Below are positions 57,091-64,000 of a stretch of DNA of 64,000 nt, in pieces (the stretch's first letter is position 1; each line of letters opens with the position of its first letter). The DNA is from a virus. Lineage: Duplodnaviria; Heunggongvirae; Uroviricota; Caudoviricetes. The position numbers were made by a program, and so were the translations under genes. The notes beneath the pieces were generated by a model. That model searched no databases. It was given only the letters and a program-made list of their open reading frames with translations, and was not told where the DNA came from. Where the stretch lies: IMG/VR virus record IMGVR_UViG_3300022188_000009; one strand, 5' to 3'.

Positions 57091-57891
57091 ATGAAAGAAA
57101 TTAAAATAGATTTTATTGATGAATATTCTCCAGCAAATCTTTACTCTACTAAAGATATATATTTTTCATGGTTAACTGCCCCCAAAAAAAATGTACTTTA
57201 TCAAATTACAAAGTGGCATAGTTGCCGAGAAACGTTTGTTGGAGAATTAAATAAACAGTTCGATGAAAAAAGAAAATGGCCCTATAAATATGAAATCAAC
57301 ACTACACATACAAGGTTTGCTGCTACACATAAATACATTAATAATATGCACATTAACCATTTTGAAAAAACGTGTGCTAACAACCTTAGATGTGCAAAAC
57401 ATGCTAAACGGCTTCTGAATTTATTCGAAAAATATCTTGGTTGGGGACTAACTACAATATATAAATGTAATAATGATAACTTTACCAAGCACAGAATTGA
57501 TATGTTTGTAGTATATGGTTCAGCAAAGTGGTTAAGATCCCCACAACTTATGTCATTATATTTATTAATCATTCGACTTTCAAAAAATGAGTATTTTCAA
57601 ACACTTAAAAATATCAATGATATAAAAAAATTCAGTAGTAATATTAAAAATAATGATTCTCAGGATATAATTTTTTGGAAAAGAATCAATCCATATCTTT
57701 TCAGAATATTAGATAATGTAAATGATTTATTTTTCCATCAATCTATAAAAAACTCACATACAGAGCAGTCAGGAACATCTGGTATAAATAATTTGGTAAA
57801 TGGATACAGTAATAAAGTAACAAACGGTGTATTTTGTAAAATTAAAAATGATATTGACAATAAGATGCCTGATTCTACGCTAAAAAGATAA
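57091..57891 (+). CDS. Member 5 of the paralogous family
   Basis: Carries YFSWLTAPKKNVLYQITKWHSCRETF and WLRSPQLMSLYLLIIRL. Confidence 0.55.
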   Translation: MKEIKIDFIDEYSPANLYSTKDIYFSWLTAPKKNVLYQITKWHSCRETFVGELNKQFDEKRKWPYKYEINTTHTRFAATHKYINNMHINHFEKTCANNLRCAKHAKRLLNLFEKYLGWGLTTIYKCNNDNFTKHRIDMFVVYGSAKWLRSPQLMSLYLLIIRLSKNEYFQTLKNINDIKKFSSNIKNNDSQDIIFWKRINPYLFRILDNVNDLFFHQSIKNSHTEQSGTSGINNLVNGYSNKVTNGVFCKIKNDIDNKMPDSTLKR

Positions 57892-57945
57892 TTGCACCAG
57901 AAAAAAGTATCTTATAGTTTTTAAGAAATAAGGAGAAATGTAAAA

Positions 57946-59049
57946 ATGTCTATTGACAAAACAATTGAGAATGGTTATATTTGGTATAGTGGAGCGACAA
58001 ATACGACTGGGGAGAAGCTTGCTGTAGCTCTCGGCATGAAACACGGTAGAAAAAAACCAGTGATGTCAAACACGAGCTTATGCATTGGTTGGGGAGCAAA
58101 AATAAAAGAAGATATCGGGCTATCGGACAAAATGGTACTTAATCACCCAAATAAGATCAGAATAAATAGAAATAAATTACTTGCTCTTGAACTTATGAAG
58201 AAGAATGATGTATCAGTGGCCCCATTTTGTACAGATACAGGAACAGCAGCCATGAAGAAATCTGGAACAATGCTGCCGGTAATTGGCCGTACGAAATACC
58301 ACCAGGGCGGTAAAGGGTTTTGGAGCTGCCCTACTATGACTCATATAAAAGAGGCAAAGAATGCCGGAGCTGTGTACTTTCAAAACCTTATTGAAATTAA
58401 AGACGAGTTCAGGTTACATATTGTTGGTGATAAATGTATATATGCCGTAAAGAAAGTCAAGCGTACAGTTAAAGAGATGGAAGAAGCATACGTCAGGCAT
58501 GAAATGGAGCGTCAGAAACAATTGGCGGAAAAGAATAATGACCAGTTTGATGATGCAACTGCCAAACTATTTCTTAAACGGCAGGCTAAAAAGTTTGCAC
58601 ATGACGGTGCAGACATGATGATAAGGTCAAACAGACTTGGATGGAGATTCTCTCACATAAAGACACCTGGCAAGAATCTGGTTACAGAGTCTATTAAAGC
58701 ATGTAAAGCAATTGGCCTTGATTTTGGTGCCGTTGATTGTTGTATTGATGTAAATGATAAACCATTTATCATTGAAGTAAACACAGGCCCAGGTTTAGAA
58801 GAAACTCCGTTCAATGCGTGGGTTGAAGCTCTACGTGTTATGATTACTGACACTCTTAAACCGAAAAGTAAAGTTGGTAAACTCGTAGAGAAAGTTTCCG
58901 GTATTGTAAATGTTAAGAAACCGGCTACTAAGTCTTCCAAGAACAAGTTGGCTGACAAATTAGCATTGGCACAGGAAATGGTGGAAGCTGCAGATGAGGA
59001 GGAGATAACCGTACTTGATAGAGTATTCAGTAATATGTTTGGTAAATAA
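57946..59049 (+). CDS. ATP-grasp ligase (RimK / glutathione-synthetase-like)
   Basis: EFRLHIVGDKCIYAVKK and DFGAVDCCIDVNDKPFIIEVNTGPG match the ATP-grasp C-terminal D..E.N..PG metal-binding motif. RBS aaggag. Confidence 0.6.
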   Translation: MSIDKTIENGYIWYSGATNTTGEKLAVALGMKHGRKKPVMSNTSLCIGWGAKIKEDIGLSDKMVLNHPNKIRINRNKLLALELMKKNDVSVAPFCTDTGTAAMKKSGTMLPVIGRTKYHQGGKGFWSCPTMTHIKEAKNAGAVYFQNLIEIKDEFRLHIVGDKCIYAVKKVKRTVKEMEEAYVRHEMERQKQLAEKNNDQFDDATAKLFLKRQAKKFAHDGADMMIRSNRLGWRFSHIKTPGKNLVTESIKACKAIGLDFGAVDCCIDVNDKPFIIEVNTGPGLEETPFNAWVEALRVMITDTLKPKSKVGKLVEKVSGIVNVKKPATKSSKNKLADKLALAQEMVEAADEEEITVLDRVFSNMFGK

Positions 59050-59058
59050 GGAGATGCT

Positions 59059-59511
59059 ATGGTAGAGTTTTATGTTTCGTTATCAAATCATGACATAGCT
59101 CAACAGGTCACTACAATGGTTAATACGTATAATCGTTGGTATACGAAATTATCTACACAAGCATTACTGATAAGCTCAGCCAGCTACTTTACGGAAATAG
59201 AATGTAATAGAGTAGTTGGCTGTGCTTCATTTGTTCATGAGTATAACAATTATACAAAAATACAACATATTTGTGTGCTTCCATCTCACAGACAGAGAGG
59301 AATAGCACACAGATTATCAGAATTAGCAATTGCAAACTCAAAAACAGAATATGTATACATGACGATTCGTGAGGATAATATTTCAAGTATTAAACTTGCT
59401 AAATCTTTAAAATTTGTTTACATTAAAAAACATTGGTTTCGAGACCATTGGACCTTAACTTTTGGAAGGAGACGTGAACATGTTGGAAACAACTATACAG
59501 CAACAATGTAA
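59059..59511 (+). CDS. GNAT-family acyltransferase
   Basis: HICVLPSHRQRGIAHRL is GNAT motif A, (Q/R)xxGxG/A. RBS aaggag. Confidence 0.6.
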   Translation: MVEFYVSLSNHDIAQQVTTMVNTYNRWYTKLSTQALLISSASYFTEIECNRVVGCASFVHEYNNYTKIQHICVLPSHRQRGIAHRLSELAIANSKTEYVYMTIREDNISSIKLAKSLKFVYIKKHWFRDHWTLTFGRRREHVGNNYTATM

Positions 59512-60217
59512 AATTAAGTATATTTATGTTGAAATGATATTCAATAAAGAAAATAAATATGACGTTGTTGCTGGCTTATTTAAAGGTATTGTTAAAAAGA
59601 AAGATGAGGTTTTTATCCTCCTTCATGGAGTTAAAAATGCTACAATAATTTTAAATACTAATTTTTATAACATCATGTCAGTAGAAATATTGGAAAAAGA
59701 CTACAAAAATATGACATATTTGACATCTGAAGATAATGACCAGAAGATGGCTTTTCAGCTGCTTGGGGAGTCTAACGAAATGTTACTTAAGCATAATTTT
59801 GGCCTAAAAAATGATACTAAAATTATTGATATTGAAAAATATAAAGATGTACCATCAAATTATATGGATGGTAAATCAATCAATAAAGATATTACTAAAT
59901 CAGATGAATCAGGAACTAAAACAAGTACGTTTTCTTCTTCTGGTAATGATTATAAACCAAAGTCTTCTAGTAACGCTACAATATACAGAAGACATCAAAC
60001 TAAAGATGAAAAAACTCCGGCTATAATATCCCGTGCTGAGTCTAAAAAACCTACTAAATCTGACCTTGAACTAATGCGTGAAAGGATTGAACAAATTAAA
60101 AAAGGTACTTATGAACATGTATTACCTGAAACATTGGGCGAAGAGCCTGGAGACGATGATGATGATCTCGATAACAGGTTTGATAGAAACTGTTATAGCG
60201 GATACGGATACGGATAA
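59480..60217 (+). CDS. Hypothetical protein with an acidic C-terminal tail
   Basis: Start at MLETT, with the RBS aggag. Confidence 0.45.
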   Translation: MLETTIQQQCKIKYIYVEMIFNKENKYDVVAGLFKGIVKKKDEVFILLHGVKNATIILNTNFYNIMSVEILEKDYKNMTYLTSEDNDQKMAFQLLGESNEMLLKHNFGLKNDTKIIDIEKYKDVPSNYMDGKSINKDITKSDESGTKTSTFSSSGNDYKPKSSSNATIYRRHQTKDEKTPAIISRAESKKPTKSDLELMRERIEQIKKGTYEHVLPETLGEEPGDDDDDLDNRFDRNCYSGYGYG

Positions 60218-60228
60218 GGAGATTTATT

Positions 60229-61215
60229 ATGGAACTCATTGGTCATGAAAAAACTAAAAAACAATTAGAGATAGCTACTGCTTCAGCACAAAAGCGGAAT
60301 ACTGCATTACCTCATATGATGTTTGCAGGAGCTGCTGGTTGTGGTAAGACTAGTATGGCACGTTGGTTAGCTATGGAGCTCAGTATACCATTCTTATCAG
60401 TTGTTCCAAATGATTTGGGTGATTACAAAGGAATCGTAAAAGTTCTCGATCAACTAAATCACGATAATTACGATGATTGTGGTAATAGACTTGGAGCCAT
60501 TAACCCTACAATTGTATTTTTAGACGAGGTACATAATCTTCCATTAAAAGGTCAAGAATTGTTAGGCTTAGTAATGGAAAGATTCATTATTGAGTCAGGT
60601 AGACCAAATAAATTTCACTGGATACCAAGATTTACATTAGTCGGTGCTACTACCATGTCAGGTAAACTTTCTAAACCATTCCGTGATAGGTTTAAACTTC
60701 AATTTCTTTTTCAACCCTATGGGATAGAAGATATGAAGGCAATTGTAAGAATTCATGCAAAACAGATGAAAATTAAATTATTGCCTAAGGCAGTAGAGAC
60801 TATAGCCTCTAGAAGTAGAGGTACACCTCGCATCGCAGTTGGGTTTACAGAACGAGTTAGAGATAAAATGGTAGCCTGTAGTTCTAGTTTCGGCACTTTT
60901 CATCTAGTTGAAAGTGTTTTTAAAGATATGGAAATAGATAAGGAAGGGTTTACAGTGGTAGAACTTAAGATATTAAGATCTCTTTTTTCAGCCGGCGGGA
61001 CCCCAATTGGTTTAGATAACCTTTCTATAATTACTGAGGAAGATAAGAAGACTATCAGAGATAGTGCAGAACCTTTTTTAATAAGAAAAGGGTTGATACT
61101 TGTTGGTAGTAAAGGTAGGATACTAACAGAAACCGGTATTTCCTATGTAGAAAATATGGATACAGAAGGAAAACGAATGAAGAAAGAAATAGATTTTGAT
61201 TACGAACGTTATTAA
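60229..61215 (+). CDS. RuvB-like AAA+ ATPase
   Basis: LIGHEKTKKQLEIATASAQKR...FAGAAGCGKTSMA matches the RuvB N-terminus. Also FLDEVHNL, TLVGATT, PFRDRF and SRGTPRIA. RBS aaggag. Confidence 0.8.
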   Translation: MELIGHEKTKKQLEIATASAQKRNTALPHMMFAGAAGCGKTSMARWLAMELSIPFLSVVPNDLGDYKGIVKVLDQLNHDNYDDCGNRLGAINPTIVFLDEVHNLPLKGQELLGLVMERFIIESGRPNKFHWIPRFTLVGATTMSGKLSKPFRDRFKLQFLFQPYGIEDMKAIVRIHAKQMKIKLLPKAVETIASRSRGTPRIAVGFTERVRDKMVACSSSFGTFHLVESVFKDMEIDKEGFTVVELKILRSLFSAGGTPIGLDNLSIITEEDKKTIRDSAEPFLIRKGLILVGSKGRILTETGISYVENMDTEGKRMKKEIDFDYERY

Positions 61216-61225
61216 GAGAGGCATA

Positions 61226-62101
61226 ATGACACCCTTCAGACAAAAACCAGCAAAGTGGGACGGTGATAATGAAAATGGTCGTTACAGAGAAAAAGATGGC
61301 TTTAAGTTCGATATAATAACTCAATCAGTAGTTAATGTTGTAGAGAAAATGCCTAAACATTTTTTAGCTGATACTCCTAAAGAAGCTGACGCAATTTATG
61401 CACAATATAAAAACATGCTTAATGGGTGGGCATATGCTTATGCAACATCTACAGGGTTAAGTAGGGCTGATCTATTTGGTGAGGCCTTAATAGGATTAGC
61501 TAGAACTTACCGCGATTGGGATCTGAATCGTGGAGGTAGTTTTCGTACTTATGCTATTTATAAAGTAAAAGACGCTCTTAACGAATTTGTAAGAGGTAAT
61601 TCAGCAACAATTTCAGTGCCTGCATATATTAAGAAAGCAAATGCTAATTTATGTGAAATTAAGTCAATTTGTGAGTCATATCAATTAAATTGGGAAATCC
61701 TTGTAATAGACCAGGATATACCGGATCCATTTGACATGCAGGACGCAATAAGATGTACAAATCTTGTTGAGAATCTAATCAATGCGGCTAAACGAGCAAA
61801 AGTTTCCTATGAGAAGTTTATAGACCGTGTTACTTATATTCCAGAGAACGCTGACTTTTCAGACCAGACAGCCCCTGAAGTTCACGAAAGAGCTCATCAA
61901 CAGATGGAAGCTGCACTAATTGTCGAAAAACTTAAAACACATATGAATGAAGACGAATTGACTATTTGTGACGGTATTATGAAAGATAAATCTTTCGAAC
62001 AAATAGGATCTGAAATGGGAAAAAGCAAATCCTGGATCTCGGGAAAATTAAAGAGATTGAAAGAAAAGATCATAGATAAGATGGAAGATGGTACTCTTTG
62101 A
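61226..62101 (+). CDS. Sigma-70-family sigma factor
   Basis: Region-2-like segment DLFGEALIGLARTYRDWDLNRGGSFRTYAIYKVKDALNEF. C-terminal region-4-like helix-turn-helix SFEQIGSEMGKSKSWISGKLKR. Start at MTPFR, with the RBS agagagg. Confidence 0.6.
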   Translation: MTPFRQKPAKWDGDNENGRYREKDGFKFDIITQSVVNVVEKMPKHFLADTPKEADAIYAQYKNMLNGWAYAYATSTGLSRADLFGEALIGLARTYRDWDLNRGGSFRTYAIYKVKDALNEFVRGNSATISVPAYIKKANANLCEIKSICESYQLNWEILVIDQDIPDPFDMQDAIRCTNLVENLINAAKRAKVSYEKFIDRVTYIPENADFSDQTAPEVHERAHQQMEAALIVEKLKTHMNEDELTICDGIMKDKSFEQIGSEMGKSKSWISGKLKRLKEKIIDKMEDGTL

Positions 62102-62154
62102 TCATGGTCGAAAAGGTTATAGTGGTTTAAAACTAAAACGGGGAATTGCAAAAA

Positions 62155-62331
62155 ATGAACACAGACGTTTTCAAACAGTTAGTATTGGAAGCAGAGAACC
62201 TACTCGATAGGGTAGAAGAGGACACAGATTGTAACATTAGGTGGGTATGCGAGAAAGATACACTGGTGGAAACAATAAAGGAGGCAAGGGAATTATTATG
62301 GCCGAAAAAAGGACAGCAATTAAAGTATTAA
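62155..62331 (+). CDS. Hypothetical small acidic protein
   Basis: ATG at 62155. Confidence 0.35.
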   Translation: MNTDVFKQLVLEAENLLDRVEEDTDCNIRWVCEKDTLVETIKEARELLWPKKGQQLKY

Positions 62332-62498
62332 ACAATGCTCACACTACTCTTAATAGTTTTATTAATAATTTAGAAGTAACAGCAACTAACAGAGAACTTG
62401 CTTCTGCAAAACAAGCACTCACAGACATTATACTTGTTATAAATCACTTGAACGGCCTAAAAGCTGATCTTGCAGCACTAGCTAATGTGTATAAATAA
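62298..62498 (+). CDS. Hypothetical small protein
   Basis: RBS aaggaggcaaggg. Confidence 0.4.
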   Translation: MAEKRTAIKVLNNAHTTLNSFINNLEVTATNRELASAKQALTDIILVINHLNGLKADLAALANVYK

Positions 62499-62517
62499 GA
62501 TTAAGGAAGGGAATATA

Positions 62518-63927
62518 ATGAATACTGTGCAAGTATTACAACGTCTCGATAATGAGACAAAAGCAGAGGTCTTTTTTGTTGGAGGTTACGTAAGAGACTT
62601 ATTACGAGATAAAAACAATACTGACCTCGATATTGTTGTACGTGGGTTATCAATGCGGAACATAAAAAAGTTTTTAGCACGATATGGTAAAGTTAAAGAA
62701 GTAAATCTGGCTAAAACTAATGATCATTTTAGTATAAATATTTTATTATTCAAAGCCTCTAATGATACGTTTGAGGCACAAATATCTTTACCGAGAAGAG
62801 GTAAAAAGCAAATACCAGATTCACATAATACACTCAGACAAGACGTTCGATTCAGAGATTTTAAAATCAATGCAATGTACTTATCAATCAATTATAAAAC
62901 AAAAGAAGACATAATTGATCTGGTTGGAGGCAAAGATGATACTGTGAGTCGTAGTATTACCGCTAATGGTAGTGCAGTCGGGCGTATAAAAGAATCACCA
63001 ATACGTATGATTCGAGCAGTCTCACTTGCTGCTAGAACAGGTTATGCTATAGATGAAGAAATCATCGAAGCTATTCAGGCTAATGCCTCTATAATAGATA
63101 AAGTACCTGTTGAAATGATAAAGAAAGAATTCAATAACATTATAATGAGTGAAAAGCCAAGCAAGTATTTAAGATTGTTAAACAAAACAGGATTACTGAA
63201 ACACATTGCTCCAGAACTGTATAATTGTGTTGAGGTGACACAAGATAATCGTTATCACAAATATGATGTATTTACACACCTGATATATTCTTGTGATAAT
63301 TGTGAGTTTGATTTAGTTTTAAGACTTGCAGGATTATTACATGATATCGGTAAACCAAGTACACGTAAAGAAATTAATGATCCACATGGTGGTATTAGAG
63401 TTACCTTTCATAAGCATGAAATGGCAAGTGTGAAATTAGCAAGAACTTTTCTCCGCCGGCTGAAATATGATAATGAAGTAACAAAGGCAGTACTGTCTCT
63501 TGTAAAATTACATATGTACCACTTCACACGTGATTGGACTGACTCTGCTGTACGTAAATTTATTAAGCGTGCTGATATCGGCGAAGAATATATGGCTGAA
63601 GATAAGATAGGTTATTTTCCACTATTCAAACTCCGTGCAGCTGAACGAATGGGTAATGGACTTAAAGGCATACCTGTTACAGACAGGCAGAAGGATTTTG
63701 AAAAGAAAATAGTAAATATTTTTCAGGAAAGCCATGTTCTTGATGTCTCAGACTTGGATATTAATGGTAATGTATTGATGGAAACATTTAATATAAAACC
63801 AGGGGAAGCAGTAGGTAAACTTTTAAAACACCTATTAGAACAGACACTTGAGAACCCAAAGTTAAATACAAGACTTGAATTATTAAAAACTGCAACTGAA
63901 TTTATTTATAATGGAGGAATAAACTAA
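62518..63927 (+). CDS. cca: tRNA nucleotidyltransferase (CCA-adding enzyme) with a C-terminal HD phosphohydrolase domain
   Basis: VFFVGGYVRDLL...DLDIVV is the head-domain GGxVRD/DxD motif. LAGLLHDIGKP is the HD-domain motif. RBS aaggaaggg. Confidence 0.8.
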   Translation: MNTVQVLQRLDNETKAEVFFVGGYVRDLLRDKNNTDLDIVVRGLSMRNIKKFLARYGKVKEVNLAKTNDHFSINILLFKASNDTFEAQISLPRRGKKQIPDSHNTLRQDVRFRDFKINAMYLSINYKTKEDIIDLVGGKDDTVSRSITANGSAVGRIKESPIRMIRAVSLAARTGYAIDEEIIEAIQANASIIDKVPVEMIKKEFNNIIMSEKPSKYLRLLNKTGLLKHIAPELYNCVEVTQDNRYHKYDVFTHLIYSCDNCEFDLVLRLAGLLHDIGKPSTRKEINDPHGGIRVTFHKHEMASVKLARTFLRRLKYDNEVTKAVLSLVKLHMYHFTRDWTDSAVRKFIKRADIGEEYMAEDKIGYFPLFKLRAAERMGNGLKGIPVTDRQKDFEKKIVNIFQESHVLDVSDLDINGNVLMETFNIKPGEAVGKLLKHLLEQTLENPKLNTRLELLKTATEFIYNGGIN

Positions 63928-63964
63928 CTTACGTTATAAGTAGAAGACAAGTTTATTTTTTTTC

Positions 63965-63992
63965 TTGACAAATTAAAAAAGATGATTATAAT
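63965..63992 (+). promoter_or_regulatory. Near-consensus sigma-70 promoter: TTGACA, 16-nt spacer, TATAAT
   Basis: ttgaca at 63965-70 and tataat at 63987-92, downstream of the cca stop. The transcript would read out of the window. Confidence 0.45.
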
Positions 63993-64000
63993 TGTAAGGT

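Noticed and set aside
1-64000. Genome-wide stop-codon reassignment (TGA or TAG recoding)
   Set aside because: Nearly all genes are long uninterrupted ORFs under the standard code. Only the 27561/28038 pair shows an in-frame stop.

Overview
This window is a low-GC (about one-third G+C), gene-dense segment of a large tailed dsDNA phage genome. Almost every gene is on the + strand, there are many overlapping start/stop junctions, and most genes have strong Shine-Dalgarno sites. The strong SD sites argue against a crAss-like or Bacteroidota phage; the host is otherwise undetermined.

The window opens with a tandem 15-bp repeat array of eight copies, each carrying the 8-bp palindrome GTGATCAC. Next comes a small ribbon-helix-helix gene on the minus strand, and then a roughly 1.4-kb iteron-rich non-coding region. 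This looks like a genome end or an origin/partition/packaging region.

The coding part carries several modules. (i) A restriction/anti-restriction block: an HNH homing endonuclease, an NPPF N6-adenine methyltransferase, and a DUF262+HNH GmrSD-like nuclease. (ii) An RlmN/Cfr-like radical SAM enzyme, and a peptide deformylase immediately followed by a YcaO-domain protein. (iii) A macro-domain protein. (iv) A cluster of about eight paralogous small zinc-ribbon proteins plus a second HNH nuclease. (v) A five-member family of paralogous proteins of unknown function, including a recent tandem duplicate pair. (vi) Secreted N/G/T/S-rich proteins, two of which are separated only by a single in-frame TGA. 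(vii) A large constellation of amide-bond-forming enzymes: four GCS2/glutamine-synthetase-like carboxylate-amine ligases, two class-I (peptidase C26-like) and two class-II (Ntn) glutamine amidotransferases, two gamma-glutamylcyclotransferase-fold proteins, an ATP-grasp ligase and a GNAT. (viii) A T4 RnlA-like RNA ligase and two PolyA-pol/CCA-type nucleotidyltransferases, one with an HD domain, which fits tRNA repair. (ix) A beta-prime-like DFDGD RNA polymerase subunit, a sigma-70-family factor, an SF2 DEAH helicase, a RuvB-like ATPase and an SSB-like protein. A tRNA-Gln(UUG)-like gene with a weak acceptor stem is also present.

The most unusual element is the ligase/amidotransferase/cyclotransferase/YcaO/radical-SAM ensemble. 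It suggests a phage-encoded pathway for peptide-type modification of virion proteins or hypermodification of DNA bases. Everything here rests on motif reading of the translated ORFs. No database searches were possible.
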